The notes under the pieces were generated by a model that did not search any database, had not been told where the DNA came from, and saw only the letters and a list, made by a program, of their open reading frames with translations. The translations under genes were made by a program, and so were the position numbers. From Bacillus pumilus (lineage in GTDB: Bacteria; Bacillota; Bacilli; Bacillales; Bacillaceae), in contig NZ_CP047089.1 in assembly GCF_009937765.1 (NCBI RefSeq), positions 516,272 through 556,271 of the forward strand: a DNA stretch of 40,000 nt. The letters are read 5' to 3'. This document shows positions 10,073-20,578 of this stretch, piece by piece (positions within the stretch are counted from its first letter, which is position 1; every line of letters starts with the position of its first letter).

Positions 10073-10996
10073 TTATAAATCTATTTGTTTGGACGTGGCA
10101 GCTAGATATTTTGAACCGTCTAGCGGTACTGATCCATCAAGCGTCCAATATTTCTGCTTAATGATTACACTTCCGCTTTGCTTATTTGATACATGAGCAG
10201 CCATGCGGAATGTTACTTTCCTTTTTTCTTTATTTACGTGTTTGAAACGAGATCGAAGTGTAAGAGCTGCTTGTTGATCCGTTTCGTTTCTGGTTCCTAT
10301 CATGACATATCTTGTACGTCCAAGAACTTTCATTTCTTTTTTGAGCTTCATGGCCAGTTTTAAAGATTGCCTGAAGCGCACTGGAATATCTGTTGAATTG
10401 CGCGATCCGCTCAAATAAAAAGTTCCATTCAGCAAAAACTCCCCATTAAGCAGGATCGGGATGTGATCAAAAAAGCCCACTCTGCTGCGCAGTGTGAGCC
10501 GGTTATGATAATCTTTGATTTCATGAACATCAGTATGATGAACGCTTGTGAATTTGTAAGCCAGGTGTGCAGGCTTTAAGTTTTTAAGCGTCTCCACAAT
10601 GTATCTGGTGTTCTGCAGGTCATCCAAATTAACACGAAGGGAGAAATGATAGCGGCCTGTCGTTAGACGAACCACCGCGCTAGGATTCTTCAGGAAGCGG
10701 TTGACTGCCCTCTCTAAAGAAGCATAAGTGATCGGTGGAATGTTAGACATGAGATTCAAAATACGTGCCCTTCGCAACTCAATAGAATCACCCGACTCAC
10801 GCTGCACCTTCAGCATTCTTTCCCATCGATCCAATCCCCATGTAGCTGTGATCGGAAAAAGCTGATCAGTCATATCAAAAATAGAATCGTCTAGCCTTTC
10901 CATTTCAGGGGCTTCGGATTTCATTAATTCATCAAATTCAGTGATCTCCGTTAGATAGGCAGGGAGATAAGACTTCATTTCATCAAGCTTGCTCAA
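10073..10996 (-). CDS. XkdU/YmfQ-like tail protein (DUF2313-type, P2 gpI-like)
   Basis: 307 aa. The N-terminus LPAYL.E..EF.ELMK.E..E...L......DQLF...ATWGLDRWERML is typical, and the gene follows baseplate J. Confidence 0.65.
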   Translation of the reverse strand: MSKLDEMKSYLPAYLTEITEFDELMKSEAPEMERLDDSIFDMTDQLFPITATWGLDRWERMLKVQRESGDSIELRRARILNLMSNIPPITYASLERAVNRFLKNPSAVVRLTTGRYHFSLRVNLDDLQNTRYIVETLKNLKPAHLAYKFTSVHHTDVHEIKDYHNRLTLRSRVGFFDHIPILLNGEFLLNGTFYLSGSRNSTDIPVRFRQSLKLAMKLKKEMKVLGRTRYVMIGTRNETDQQAALTLRSRFKHVNKEKRKVTFRMAAHVSNKQSGSVIIKQKYWTLDGSVPLDGSKYLAATSKQIDL

Positions 10997-12029
10997 TGAC
11001 GTTCACCTGCCCTAGACGCGGGATTTCAATGTCTTGGAGGGGCAAGTTTTTGGCTTCGCCGTTTATCAAGACATCCGCATAATCAGAGACACTATCCGCA
11101 TGATATAAAATGTCATTAATCGCTGACATTCTTATCACGTTCTCCTCGAAAGCAAGTGATTTTAGGAGAGCCTTGATCTTCTCTTCAATTTCTTGTTGAG
11201 CATCTTCAAGTGAATAGTCCATTTTAAGCTCCACCGATACGGACACCTCAACATCTTTCCACTTAGCACTCTCGATGGTGGCAGTAGCCCCGATTGGTGC
11301 TTGACCTTCCCCTTCACCGGGAACCGGATCAATGTACTCTTGTACCTTATTGACAAGCAGATCCGTCGCAACGTCAAAATTCCCATCTGTGATGACAACT
11401 TTCACTGTGCCTTCCCCATTCCAAAGCGGGAACACCTTTGCCCTGCCAACTCCTTCTACTTCCTCAGCCCACTTTTTATAATGAGCTTTGTTGGCACTGA
11501 CAGCCTCCCGCCTTGCCCTCATCAAGTAACGTTCATACAGTGCTTCATCGTCTTCTTCCTCTTGCCCTGGTATCTTCAATTCTTCAAAGATGACAGCCTC
11601 TAGCCCCGGTATATTATCGAGCGATAGGAGTGGCAGCTCTGCAAAATTCCCATTGCCTACAGCACCAGTTGTTTCACACTTCAGCGTGCCGTCAGATTGA
11701 TATTGAAAGTACAGATTGTCGATATAGAATCTTGATCCTGTTGGTATTCTGATACCTTCAGGTGAGACTTCAACTGACCATACAGCACTTGTGGCCGCTT
11801 TACGAGTGATCCCCACTTCAGCAGCTCGTCTATCTAAAAATTCTCCCTGTGCTGTATCTGCAAAGACAAGTTCGAATACCTGATCTAGCCATATATAAGA
11901 TTGAGCAAGTTCCGCAGCTGCAGGAGCCAACGCATTCCATATCACGCTGTTTTCACGTTTATCAATATCATCGGGTATACGTTCCAACATGCGTTCCATG
12001 ATGGCTTCATACGATTGTTCCTCAAACAT
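10983..12029 (-). CDS. Baseplate J-like protein (XkdT-like)
   Basis: 348 aa. The call rests on size, position and overall similarity to the Baseplate_J family pattern. Confidence 0.7.
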   Translation of the reverse strand: MFEEQSYEAIMERMLERIPDDIDKRENSVIWNALAPAAAELAQSYIWLDQVFELVFADTAQGEFLDRRAAEVGITRKAATSAVWSVEVSPEGIRIPTGSRFYIDNLYFQYQSDGTLKCETTGAVGNGNFAELPLLSLDNIPGLEAVIFEELKIPGQEEEDDEALYERYLMRARREAVSANKAHYKKWAEEVEGVGRAKVFPLWNGEGTVKVVITDGNFDVATDLLVNKVQEYIDPVPGEGEGQAPIGATATIESAKWKDVEVSVSVELKMDYSLEDAQQEIEEKIKALLKSLAFEENVIRMSAINDILYHADSVSDYADVLINGEAKNLPLQDIEIPRLGQVNVIEQA

Positions 12030-12447
12030 CTCCGATCACCTCCTCGATCTCCAAGGTCCCTTCATCCGTCACCACGTTAAAGAGCACTTTAAAGGTTGCC
12101 CCTTCTTTATTGATCTCAAAATCTTGCACACTTTCGATTCTTTCATCCACCAAAAGAGCCTCTTCAATGAGCCGCGGGATTTCCATCTCTTTGTATTCGT
12201 CCGTTGATTCTTCATCAGACACAGCTTCCTGCACTTCGCATCCTACGTCATGGCTATAAACAGCATGCGAATATCGTTCCGTTCGCAAAGCCATATAGAC
12301 AAATTGGCGAATGGCATCGAGACCATTAATCTTTTCATTGGTTAGACGGCCAGTTTCAAAGTCGATGCGGTAGGTGGTCGAAGGTTCAATAATATCCTCT
12401 GCATCCTCGTCCAAATCCTCAATTTCTTCTTCAGGTGAAAGAGCCAT
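12022..12447 (-). CDS. XkdS-like baseplate protein (gp25/DUF2634-like)
   Basis: 141 aa, acidic, in the conserved position. Confidence 0.55.
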   Translation of the reverse strand: MALSPEEEIEDLDEDAEDIIEPSTTYRIDFETGRLTNEKINGLDAIRQFVYMALRTERYSHAVYSHDVGCEVQEAVSDEESTDEYKEMEIPRLIEEALLVDERIESVQDFEINKEGATFKVLFNVVTDEGTLEIEEVIGDV

Positions 12448-12728
12448 TATGAACCACCTCCTACTACTTTATCTAAGATGTAAAACGTTTGGCCGCCTGT
12501 CATCGCAAGGACCATGACACTATCGCCTTCTTCTAGCTCATCATCTTCCCCCTCATCTAAGCGGGCTGGCCAGATAAGAAGTTCTTCAGGAATGATGAGT
12601 TTATCATTCTCATTGAGTCGAACACTAAGAGGGGAAACAGACACCACATCACCAAGTATCAAGTCAGTTGGTGATTGTGCATCCACAGCATCGACGGCCA
12701 ATCGCTTGATTGCATCGCTTAGTTTCAT
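12447..12728 (-). CDS. XkdR-like protein (DUF2577-type)
   Basis: 93 aa. [38 protein letters not shown] is the typical N-terminus of this family. Confidence 0.6.
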   Translation of the reverse strand: MKLSDAIKRLAVDAVDAQSPTDLILGDVVSVSPLSVRLNENDKLIIPEELLIWPARLDEGEDDELEEGDSVMVLAMTGGQTFYILDKVVGGGS

Positions 12729-13840
12729 GACTGATTCCCCGTTGGAATTGTGTTCTTTTCAACGACATCGATCGTCATGGTGTGTTTGGTTCCTTTAAAT
12801 TCATGGCTGTCTTGATCGATCCAATACGTTTTCTTGATGCCGATATCCGGAATGATGATGCGTACTGGCATACCACTTTGTAATCCAGGAATACCTAGAG
12901 CTTGAATGCTTTTCAGCTCTTTTTTTACGCCCTTTTTCTGTGAGAGCCGAACATCAGCCCTCTTTTGCAGCTGTGCTTGGTTGATCTCCCCCGACACTCT
13001 TTCAACGTGCTGCAGGATGCCATATTTTCTTCTTGCAGCACTATCATTCGCCACAGCCAGCATTTCAATTTCTTTCTTTTGCGTGACCATCTTTGGCTTC
13101 TTTGGCTTTGTTGGTTTGGTAGGTTTGGTCGTTTTCTTATCTTTTTCTTTATCTTTGTCAGTAGTCTTAGATTTCTTTTTTTCCTTCTTCAGCACCTTAA
13201 TTTTTTCCACGTGTGTTGCTCTCACCTTCACACGTGTGGCCGTTTCCTCAATCGAGGTGCTGTACTGATAATCAATAAGATTCACGCCTGATTCAATGAC
13301 CCAAACTTCCGACGGATCAGGCCATGCTCTCAGCCCCATCTTGCCTTTAGCAGAATAGATTTGATAGTTACGTCCTGTTTGTTTCTTTGTTTCCCTTAGA
13401 GCCTGCAAGATGATGTCATATAGGCTTGTATCGTTTTTGAATACAAGTGATTTTATGACATGACCGGTATTGGCGATGGAGGTCATCGGGATCTGAAAAT
13501 CTTGACCAAGCCGCTTCATTATCTGATCAGCTCTCTTATTTGCAAAGACATATACATCCTGGTTCTTCACCAGATACTGAAGCATGTCATAAGCAGTAAA
13601 AGTGAGCTTTTCATCTTTGGGTGTTCTTGCAAACACCGTTCCTCGAAAGAGTTCTTTTCTTTTCCACTTGAAAAGAACCGTGTCACCCTCTTTGATGCTG
13701 TAATACTTTTGACTTCCTTGTTTTGTCACGATCGTTGCTTGTATTGAGCGGGGGGCCTGATACCTTTGCCCCCGAAGTGTCACACTCTCTGTCACAAGCT
13801 CATACATGGTGCCGCTTCTGATGGCAAAAAGCTCAATCAA
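12725..13840 (-). CDS. XkdQ-like tail/baseplate hub protein (late control D-like) with a Lys-rich low-complexity insert
   Basis: The ORF is 12725..13891. I place the start at TTG 13840, 6 nt after GGGGGG, which removes the overlap with the upstream gene. The insert is KKEKKKSKTTDKDKEKDKKTTKPTKPTKPKKPK. Confidence 0.6.
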   Translation of the reverse strand: MIELFAIRSGTMYELVTESVTLRGQRYQAPRSIQATIVTKQGSQKYYSIKEGDTVLFKWKRKELFRGTVFARTPKDEKLTFTAYDMLQYLVKNQDVYVFANKRADQIMKRLGQDFQIPMTSIANTGHVIKSLVFKNDTSLYDIILQALRETKKQTGRNYQIYSAKGKMGLRAWPDPSEVWVIESGVNLIDYQYSTSIEETATRVKVRATHVEKIKVLKKEKKKSKTTDKDKEKDKKTTKPTKPTKPKKPKMVTQKKEIEMLAVANDSAARRKYGILQHVERVSGEINQAQLQKRADVRLSQKKGVKKELKSIQALGIPGLQSGMPVRIIIPDIGIKKTYWIDQDSHEFKGTKHTMTIDVVEKNTIPTGNQS

Positions 13841-13851
13841 TGTCAGCCCCC

Positions 13852-14514
13852 CTATTGTGGTATTTTTAATTTTTGACCAGGGAAAATCCAATGCCCTGGT
13901 TGTCTAATATTGCGTCTACTTCGTTTGATCATCGCGGCTTTATTCGCATTCCAAATGCGGCGCCACTTTGTGCTATCACCATAGAAACGACCAGAAATAT
14001 CCCACAAGGTATCGCCCTTTTTAACAGTGTACACTTTTGGTGCGCCTTTTGAGCTTCGTTTTTTGCTGCTCTTTTTGGCTTTCCGTTTAATTTTTCTAGG
14101 TGATGCGGTTTTGTATTCTTTCAGCTGCAGCGTGAATTCTCGATCACCAATATCATAAGTACCTTCGCTATGGTTAAAACTCTCTATGCTGCATTGCATA
14201 TTGATTTTGGTTCCAGTAACGATAAAGCGTACAGGCTTCTTTGAACGCATCATTCGTTCTATTTTCGCTATCGCATTCTCTGGTGATGGAATGCTTTTAT
14301 ATTCAGCGATCGGTGTATACTTCTTCGGAAAAAAGGCTGTAAATGAAATTTGGCGAGCCCCTGGTACATCCAAGAATGTGAGCTCGCCAAATTTAGATAC
14401 TTTAATAGATTCATTTTGTACGTTATTGTTCAGTTCAAGTTTTTCAGGAAGAACAGGGAATCGTAGTTTGTCCTTCCCTTGCGAAATCCACAATTGATAT
14501 TTTGATTTAGCCAT
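13852..14514 (-). CDS. XkdP-like LysM-domain tail protein
   Basis: 220 aa with a C-terminal LysM motif, [30 protein letters not shown]...PGQKLKIP. Confidence 0.75.
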   Translation of the reverse strand: MAKSKYQLWISQGKDKLRFPVLPEKLELNNNVQNESIKVSKFGELTFLDVPGARQISFTAFFPKKYTPIAEYKSIPSPENAIAKIERMMRSKKPVRFIVTGTKINMQCSIESFNHSEGTYDIGDREFTLQLKEYKTASPRKIKRKAKKSSKKRSSKGAPKVYTVKKGDTLWDISGRFYGDSTKWRRIWNANKAAMIKRSRRNIRQPGHWIFPGQKLKIPQ

Positions 14515-17500
14515 CGATCACGACTCCCTTCGTTCCTGTGTTGATTTCTACTTCTAGTTCTTCAGCTATTGATCGTTTGATCTTATCAACAAGTGAATCT
14601 TCATCTTGTCCATTATGGAAGTGCTGATCACCGTTAAAATTGATAATGACTTGTTTTGATCCACCAGAAGCAGACGGTGCATTCGTTGTGCCAGCTGTTA
14701 CTGTTTGCACCTGCCCTTGTGAAAGTTCAGATGATGCAGAGTTGGCCGGATCGTATACGTCCATTCCTAAAGCCTGTGCAGCTTGCGCCAACAAGTAACG
14801 GCCACGTATGCCTCGTTCTTCAGGAATAATCCATTCACGCTTGTTTCCTTCACCGATTCTAGCAACCTGCTCTTGCGTGATTAGACCACCGTTTGCATAC
14901 CCCTTATATGGTCCACCGTTTCTCATACTTCTTAATCCAGGCGTGTTAAAGACTGTCCCATATCTGCCCTTAATGTAGTTAATTGCTGCTACGGCATTAT
15001 GAATTGGGTTCCAGATGTCATTCATGCCTTTGCCTTTATTAGAATTAAACGTCGGTCCAATGGTTTGCATTAAACCTTTAGACGGTGTTCCCTTTTTGGC
15101 GTTGGAATCCCATAAGTTGATTGCTCTCGGATTTCCATTTGATTCATGCTGCGCGATGGTCATCAAACCAGGTAGCCAGCTCATCGATGTGCCAGTTGCC
15201 ATTAGAGCAGCCATGAGCCATTGCTGAACACTAAGACCTGAAGCCCCCATACCACTGAATGCACCGATTAATGAACCAGCCTGATTTTCAGCAAACTTTT
15301 TCACATCAACTGAATCGAGTCCTTTGACGACACCGATCGATGCAAATTTTCCAAGACTCATCATGACGCGTGAAGGGGAATGAATGTCTAGCTCTTCGCG
15401 GAAGGCTTGCTCCACTTTCTTGGCCATGTCCTTGGCTGCTTGTGTCACTTCGCTTCCTTTGGAACGCATGCCGCTGTTAAATGCGTCAACCAGTCCAGCT
15501 CCCCATGTAGGAGACTCTTGACGAGCGGATAAGAAAGGTTGTCTTACATTTTGATCTAAGAACTGACCTGTGCCAGTTGGTGTCATGTTTTGACCTGAGG
15601 CAAATCCAGTGACAGTTTGTGCTCCGTAGAGCGGTGTTGATGCCTGAATTTGAGTAAATGGTTGTTTGATATTAGCTTGTTTCCACTGTTCAAGTGAAAC
15701 GACTTTGCTATTTAATCCTTTTTCAAATTCAGTGCTAAACTGTTCCCCGTATTTAGAAGCGTTGCCGGTCTCACCAATTGATACCGATCCACTTGTAGAA
15801 GTGGAAACTGATGCAGCTGCAGCCGGTCTCATAGGAGAAGATGAACCAGCTTGGGAAGTAGGTGAAGCGCCGTTTGGCACTACCGACATTCCGAGGTGTG
15901 ATGCAGCCTGAGCAAGAAGCATTTTTCCTCTGCCTTTGTTGTTTTCAGTTGGGATGACAAACTCTTTTCCTGCTTCTCCGATCCACGAAATTGTTGGCTT
16001 TGTAATATATCCACCGGTGGCGTTGTTATCTGGAATAGGAATTTGTTTGACACCTGTTTTTTCTTCACCTTTTCCAATAAAGAAATCAACAACCTTCCCA
16101 CTAACTTCTTTAATTTTACCGACTACTTTTCCTATAACGCCAAAGATGCCATCCCATGTCTTTTTTAAAGTTGTTGCAAAGTCTTGCAACGGGGAAAACA
16201 CATATTTTTCAAACCATGAACTCGCAACTTTCCAGATACCCTTGATCGTTCTCCATGCTTCATCGAATTTTGTTGACACAAAGGAGATTGCTGGCTCTGC
16301 ATACTTTTTGTATGGCTGCCATACGTACTCATCAAACCAACCGGCAAGCACCACCCATGATGTTTTAATCCGGTTCCAGGTACTGTTAAATTGGTTCCAG
16401 ATAAACATGATGGCTGGCAAAGCATATGTTTTAAATGGCTGCCAGACGTTTTCATCAAACCAAGTTGATAGGGTTACCCAAGTCTCCTGAATCCAATTCC
16501 ACGTATTTTTAAACAACACCCACACAATCATGATCGCTGGAAGTGCGTATAGTTTAAATGGCTCCCATACGTTTTCATTAAACCAAGCAGAAAATGCACT
16601 CCAAGTCTCCTGAATCCAATTCCATGTATCATCAAGTTTGTTCCATATCACTCCGACGGCCTCTACTGCATATTGACCAAATGGCTCCCATACATTTTCA
16701 TTGAACCAAGTTGATGCTGCTCCCCAGATGGCACTAATCAATTCCCATCCCACAACAAAAACACCAACTACAAAGTTGATGATCGGTACTGCAAAGTTAT
16801 AAATCGGCAGCCACACGTTATTATTGAACCATGAAGAAAGCTGACCCCATTTCTCTGTGATCCAGTTCCATGTATCACTGAAGAATGTCGTAATAGGGTT
16901 TAAAACATTATCATTAAACCAACCGGAAAAAGTGCTCCATGTTTCTTTAATCCATTGGACTGCATTCTCTGCACCTTTGACAAGCTCATCCCATTTCTTC
17001 TTGATGGTCCCGTCATCAAACATTTTGCCAATCCAGTTACCGAGATCGCCACCAAAGATGCTGCCTAATACTCCACCGATCGCTGTTCCAATTCCAGGCG
17101 CGATCAATGTACCAAGTGCAGCTCCACCGATACCACCGCCCAGATTACCAGCAAACCCACCGATCTTTTCACCTTTGTTGTCATTGTTCATGCCGATTAA
17201 TTCGGTGGCTGCAATAAGAGTGCCGAGAATAGGAATACGTTTTCCGATGCTCTTTGCACCTTTACCGATACTCCCCAATAATCCACCACCGCCACGCCCT
17301 TGGTTTGGTGTGGTTGGTCTTACTGGCTCACCTCTATTGATCCAAGGTTGACGATATTCAGGTGGTCTTGGGTTCCTTGGTGGTCTTGTTCCTCCAATTC
17401 CGCCAATTATACCGCCGCTTGTTCCTGGTCCTAATCCTCCGTTTAAACCTTTGCCCCATTTGAAGAGTGCAAATGCTCCTGAAAGAATGGATTTAAGCGG

Positions 17501-19471
17501 CTTTAATAACGTGGCCACTTTTCCAAGGAATGCGAGCGCAAATGCATTGGCAATCAAAGCACCAGCAATTGAGCCTTCTCCTGTGAGAGCATTCAAGTTG
17601 ATCTCACCGATCTTCTTGGTGATACGAATACCTAATTGCGCTGGATCAAGAGCTTCTAAAAAGGATTCAATGAAAATACGCCCTGCTTTGGCTCCTGCAT
17701 CAGTGAAACTGTCCTCGGATGATTTGTCATCAATACCAAGTAGACCGTTGATCACACCGTTTATGATGCCACCGTAAGTCTTCCCGACATTCTCGGCCAT
17801 TTTGAAAAGACCAGGCTTTCCTGTCTTTTCCCACCATTGGCCAAAAACATCTTTCGTATTATCAAGGACGAGCTTCCACCGAGTTTCAAAGTCCATTTTC
17901 CTGTATTTTTCTAGCTGTTCAAAATGTTTCTTCAGCTTAGGGTTGTCCTTAAACTTGACCTTCAGTTCCTGTGTCTGTTTTTTGGTTAACTTCTCACCAG
18001 GAAACAAGATTTTGAACTGATCACCAATAAATCCGAAAACACTCTTTGTCGGATCAAGGAAGCTGTTAGCAAATTTCTTACCCGCCTTTTCAGCTTTGTT
18101 TGATAGATCGGTCAGCACGAAGGAATATTCTCCACGCCATGTTCTGAACGCTTCGAGAGCGGGTTGGAACGCAGCTGCAAGTCCTTTACCCCAAGGCATA
18201 AGAATGCTGTTATTAATGAATGATTTGACACCGAGGAATAAGTTGGCCAAGTTATCGGACATTTTGATCATCATGTCATTGTATTTGCCAAACTCTTTTG
18301 TTACTTCTGGCCAAGTTTTATTTATGTCCTTGCCGCTCTTTGCAAGTTTTTCGAGCTTACCCCTGGCATCACCAGAGATCGCCCCCATTTCTTGAAGAGC
18401 AGCCGTTGCGTCACCGATAGGACGCCCCGATTTAATGCCGTCATATAAACGCCCCATCCATAGCGCAACTTCGGAAAACGGTCGTTGAACACCTGCAGCA
18501 ACATCCCCGACTAGCTTCATTCCTTCAGTCGTAGAAAGGGCATTGCCCGTAAATACTTGGAGGACGCGAGATGACTCGAAAATCTCATCACGAGTAAATG
18601 GCGTTTGACCAGCAAAAGCTGTCAGCTCGTCCAGACGTGCATCTGCTTTCCCTCTGCTGCCTAAGAGAGTTTCAAAAGCCGTGGTCATGTTCTGACGATC
18701 TGCAACCATTTTGAGCGGTACAACAATACCGCCTGTTGCACCGGCACCGACTCCAAGCAAACCAAGTGTACTGGTGACAGCAGACACGATCCCTCTCAAT
18801 GGCTTTGTGATTAGGTCAAGGACCTTGATTGTGGTTGTGTAAGTCCGTCCCAAATGGGTATTTGCAAATGAGACAGCTCCACGTACTGGAGCGGTGAAAC
18901 GGTCGATCGCATTGATCGCCACCCTGTATTCAGTCCCTAACGTGTTCCGTGTATAAGACGCTATACGGCTGACTGTTCGTCGAACCATATCAACGGCTCT
19001 AATGGTATAGCTGTATCCCCGGCCAAGCTGACGCGCTGCATATGAAGCAATACGTCTGATCCCTGCGGTTGCACGATCATGGACCGTTATGGCAAACCGT
19101 TCTACTTTGCCAAACTTCCGATCGATGTAACGACGCAACCGAACAAGACCTGGTGTTGCCTGATCTTTAATGCGCATCAGCACACTATGAGTACGCGGCA
19201 TCTTGCGTTGTAAGAAGCCATTGAACTTTCGTAGTGCTTTTGTGGCCAGATCATTTACTTCAATCGTCAGCTGATAAGTTCGAGCAAGATCACGCAAAAC
19301 AAACCGCTGCACACGTCTTAATGCAATCGTGGCATTGTCTCTTACTCTCAATGTGATTGGCCGCTCTGATCTACGGCGCAATCTATCAAGTCGTTCCATA
19401 TCTCCTCTAATCAAACGCAATTTACGCGTGATCCGGTCTTGTAAATCAAACCGAGCAGTCAAATGAGCCAT
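14507..19471 (-). CDS. Tail tape-measure protein with a C-terminal lytic transglycosylase (SLT) domain
   Basis: 1654 aa. It has tape-measure-type Gly-rich TM-like segments and about 40-aa W-rich tandem repeats (TWNWIQETW...[10 protein letters not shown]) at about 16150-16950. The SLT motif is AQHESNGNP...[11 protein letters not shown]. Confidence 0.9.
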   Translation of the reverse strand: MAHLTARFDLQDRITRKLRLIRGDMERLDRLRRRSERPITLRVRDNATIALRRVQRFVLRDLARTYQLTIEVNDLATKALRKFNGFLQRKMPRTHSVLMRIKDQATPGLVRLRRYIDRKFGKVERFAITVHDRATAGIRRIASYAARQLGRGYSYTIRAVDMVRRTVSRIASYTRNTLGTEYRVAINAIDRFTAPVRGAVSFANTHLGRTYTTTIKVLDLITKPLRGIVSAVTSTLGLLGVGAGATGGIVVPLKMVADRQNMTTAFETLLGSRGKADARLDELTAFAGQTPFTRDEIFESSRVLQVFTGNALSTTEGMKLVGDVAAGVQRPFSEVALWMGRLYDGIKSGRPIGDATAALQEMGAISGDARGKLEKLAKSGKDINKTWPEVTKEFGKYNDMMIKMSDNLANLFLGVKSFINNSILMPWGKGLAAAFQPALEAFRTWRGEYSFVLTDLSNKAEKAGKKFANSFLDPTKSVFGFIGDQFKILFPGEKLTKKQTQELKVKFKDNPKLKKHFEQLEKYRKMDFETRWKLVLDNTKDVFGQWWEKTGKPGLFKMAENVGKTYGGIINGVINGLLGIDDKSSEDSFTDAGAKAGRIFIESFLEALDPAQLGIRITKKIGEINLNALTGEGSIAGALIANAFALAFLGKVATLLKPLKSILSGAFALFKWGKGLNGGLGPGTSGGIIGGIGGTRPPRNPRPPEYRQPWINRGEPVRPTTPNQGRGGGGLLGSIGKGAKSIGKRIPILGTLIAATELIGMNNDNKGEKIGGFAGNLGGGIGGAALGTLIAPGIGTAIGGVLGSIFGGDLGNWIGKMFDDGTIKKKWDELVKGAENAVQWIKETWSTFSGWFNDNVLNPITTFFSDTWNWITEKWGQLSSWFNNNVWLPIYNFAVPIINFVVGVFVVGWELISAIWGAASTWFNENVWEPFGQYAVEAVGVIWNKLDDTWNWIQETWSAFSAWFNENVWEPFKLYALPAIMIVWVLFKNTWNWIQETWVTLSTWFDENVWQPFKTYALPAIMFIWNQFNSTWNRIKTSWVVLAGWFDEYVWQPYKKYAEPAISFVSTKFDEAWRTIKGIWKVASSWFEKYVFSPLQDFATTLKKTWDGIFGVIGKVVGKIKEVSGKVVDFFIGKGEEKTGVKQIPIPDNNATGGYITKPTISWIGEAGKEFVIPTENNKGRGKMLLAQAASHLGMSVVPNGASPTSQAGSSSPMRPAAAASVSTSTSGSVSIGETGNASKYGEQFSTEFEKGLNSKVVSLEQWKQANIKQPFTQIQASTPLYGAQTVTGFASGQNMTPTGTGQFLDQNVRQPFLSARQESPTWGAGLVDAFNSGMRSKGSEVTQAAKDMAKKVEQAFREELDIHSPSRVMMSLGKFASIGVVKGLDSVDVKKFAENQAGSLIGAFSGMGASGLSVQQWLMAALMATGTSMSWLPGLMTIAQHESNGNPRAINLWDSNAKKGTPSKGLMQTIGPTFNSNKGKGMNDIWNPIHNAVAAINYIKGRYGTVFNTPGLRSMRNGGPYKGYANGGLITQEQVARIGEGNKREWIIPEERGIRGRYLLAQAAQALGMDVYDPANSASSELSQGQVQTVTAGTTNAPSASGGSKQVIINFNGDQHFHNGQDEDSLVDKIKRSIAEELEVEINTGTKGVVIDG

Positions 19472-19474
19472 GTC

Positions 19475-20100
19475 TTATCCCCCTTTCTTTGCTTCTTTTT
19501 CAAGAACCTCTAGTTTGTGCCTGATAAGTCCAAATAGGAATGCTTTGAATTGCCTTGGCGCTTCATAGACCTCTAAGAGTTCAGACGGGGAGTAATGAAG
19601 CTCATGCATGCAGTAATACAGATACACAGCCTCTTTATTCCCGTCCTTTATTAGTTTTTTGCTGCTTCTTCTAAATCTTCAATTTCATCTTCAAAACCGT
19701 TGACCTCAATGGCTTTGTTTAACCAGTTCGCATATTCACCGCCGACAGATAGGACACGCTTTGCCACTTCGACTGGATCTTGGGTGCCATATGCCTCACG
19801 CAGTTCTTTTGATTTGAAATCAGGGTAAATGGTTGATTCAACCGCAATACGTGCATAGAAGCGTTGAGAATCCAAGTCTTTCACACGTCCACGACCTTTA
19901 ACATTTTTGAAAGTCGTGTTTTCTTTCTCTAGTTCATCGATACGCTCTGTTGTGATCGCTTTGAATACGAATGGAATCACTTTACCTTCTTTATCAACGA
20001 AACGTTTTGAGATAATGGATTTGACCTCTTCCGCTTCTGTTGTTTGTCCTGGCATAAAGAATGAAAGATCATATACGTTGTTTGTTTGTTTTTCGCTCAT
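19475..20100 (-). CDS. Predicted -1 frameshift-extended tail assembly chaperone (G/GT-type fusion product)
   Basis: The zero frame ends ...EEAAKN* at 19651. Slipping at A AAA AAC opens a 59-codon frame (LIKDGNKEAVYLYYCMHELHYSPSELLEVYEAPRQFKAFLFGLIRHKLEVLEKEAKKGG*) that ends 3 nt before the tape-measure ATG. Confidence 0.6.
19651..20100 (-). CDS. Tail assembly chaperone (XkdN-like), zero-frame product
   Basis: The ORF is 19651..20238. I place the start at ATG 20100 (AAGGGAG upstream). The longer N-terminal extension would run through a terminator and the toxin promoter. The gene sits between tube and tape measure. Confidence 0.7.
   Translation of the reverse strand: MSEKQTNNVYDLSFFMPGQTTEAEEVKSIISKRFVDKEGKVIPFVFKAITTERIDELEKENTTFKNVKGRGRVKDLDSQRFYARIAVESTIYPDFKSKELREAYGTQDPVEVAKRVLSVGGEYANWLNKAIEVNGFEDEIEDLEEAAKN
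19654..19660 (-). other. Slippery heptamer A AAA AAC (programmed -1 ribosomal frameshift site)
   Basis: The plus strand reads gtttttt. On the minus strand it is in frame as GC-A AAA AAC TAA. Confidence 0.6.
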
Positions 20101-20134
20101 GTTTAAAAACTCCCTTTGATTTGTTTTTTTGAAT

Positions 20135-20167
20135 ACAAAAAAGCACATCCATTTTTTGAATGTGCTT
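20135..20167 (-). terminator. Rho-independent terminator (minus strand) between the TA module and the chaperone gene
   Basis: AAGCACAT (20141-20148) pairs with ATGTGCTT (20160-20167), followed on the minus strand by TTTTTTGTATTC. Confidence 0.55.
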
Positions 20168-20180
20168 TCCAATCTTTTCA

Positions 20181-20188
20181 TGTATAAT
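20181..20188 (+). promoter_or_regulatory. Candidate -10 element (TG-TATAAT) for the toxin mRNA
   Basis: A perfect TATAAT at 20183-20188 is preceded by TG. No good -35 lies at 17 bp: TTGAAT sits 21 bp upstream. Confidence 0.4.
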
Positions 20189-20228
20189 ATAAATCGTACA
20201 TATGAACGGCTTACAAGGGCGGTCTGGC

Positions 20229-20253
20229 TCATCCCCATATAGAAAGGGGGTGA
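20229..20253 (+). promoter_or_regulatory. 5'-UTR hairpin sequestering the toxin Shine-Dalgarno sequence
   Basis: UCAUCCCC (20229-20236) pairs with GGGGGUGA (20246-20253, the SD itself), including one U-G wobble. Confidence 0.5.
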
Positions 20254-20258
20254 TGCTT

Positions 20259-20366
20259 ATGTCAACTTATGAAGCGATTAGTTTAATGATTGCTTTTGGG
20301 ATTTATACCCTAAGCATTTTGACTTTAGTCGTGGGATTGTTGACACTATTTAAAAAGAAAAAATAG
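20259..20366 (+). CDS. Type I toxin: 35-aa holin-like membrane peptide (TxpA/BsrG 'Hol-Tox'-like)
   Basis: Not in the ORF track (<60 aa). Translation is MSTYEAISLMIAFGIYTLSILTLVVGLLTLFKKKK. The SD AAAGGGGGTGA is strong. The gene lies on the opposite strand to the whole prophage. The MSTYE... N-terminus plus one TM helix and a KKKK tail are as in TxpA-type toxins. Confidence 0.7.
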   Translation: MSTYEAISLMIAFGIYTLSILTLVVGLLTLFKKKK

Positions 20367-20405
20367 ACCTCCCTTGACCTCTACAAAAGTAAAAGGGTAA
20401 GTCTA
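20352..20405 (-). terminator. Rho-independent terminator for the antisense RNA
   Basis: On the minus strand UAGACUU-A-CCCUU pairs with AAGGGAGGUCUA (12 bp, one bulge; plus-strand 20364-20375 with 20393-20405), followed by UUUUUUCUUUUU. That U-run is the complement of the toxin's Lys codons. Confidence 0.55.
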
Positions 20406-20545
20406 TCCTTCAAAAGCATCTAGAGATAAGCCAGCCCTCTTAAAGGGCCTCATTGTACATTGCCAGGATGTTTGCGCATCCTGGCTTCTTTTTATTCTAC
20501 GCCAGTTGCAAGTTAGATATACCAACCGCAACAAATAATTATATA
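20355..20545 (-). ncRNA. Candidate antitoxin sRNA (RatA/SR4-like), about 190 nt, antisense to the toxin 3' end, 3'-UTR and terminator
   Basis: It is bounded by the TTGATT-17-TATACT promoter and the minus-strand terminator. It contains no ORF. Confidence 0.5.
20462..20495 (+). terminator. Rho-independent terminator of the toxin mRNA
   Basis: GCCAGGATG (20462-20470) pairs with CATCCTGGC (20477-20485), followed by TTCTTTTTATT. Confidence 0.75.
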
Positions 20546-20549
20546 TTTA

Positions 20550-20578
20550 AGTATATAATTCTACTGTTAATAAATCAA
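20550..20578 (-). promoter_or_regulatory. Sigma-A-type promoter on the minus strand (TTGATT-17 nt-TATACT)
   Basis: The -35 is at 20578-20573 and the -10 at 20555-20550, with an exact 17-nt spacer. It lies immediately downstream of the tube gene stop. Confidence 0.55.

Noticed and set aside
15015-18504. Many 60-184-aa ORFs antisense to or out of frame with the tape-measure gene. Similar shadow ORFs occur inside the sheath, portal, terminase, capsid and MTase genes, and 194..637 lies antisense to yugU.
   Set aside because: They are fully nested in long, well-supported CDSs. They lack SD sequences, and their low-complexity or odd composition is typical of shadow ORFs.
19651-20238. The full 195-aa version of the chaperone ORF, with an N-terminal extension to 20238.
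   Set aside because: The extension runs through a minus-strand terminator and the toxin promoter and 5'-UTR, and it has no SD. The internal ATG at 20100 has AAGGGAG upstream and gives the expected XkdN-like size of about 149 aa.
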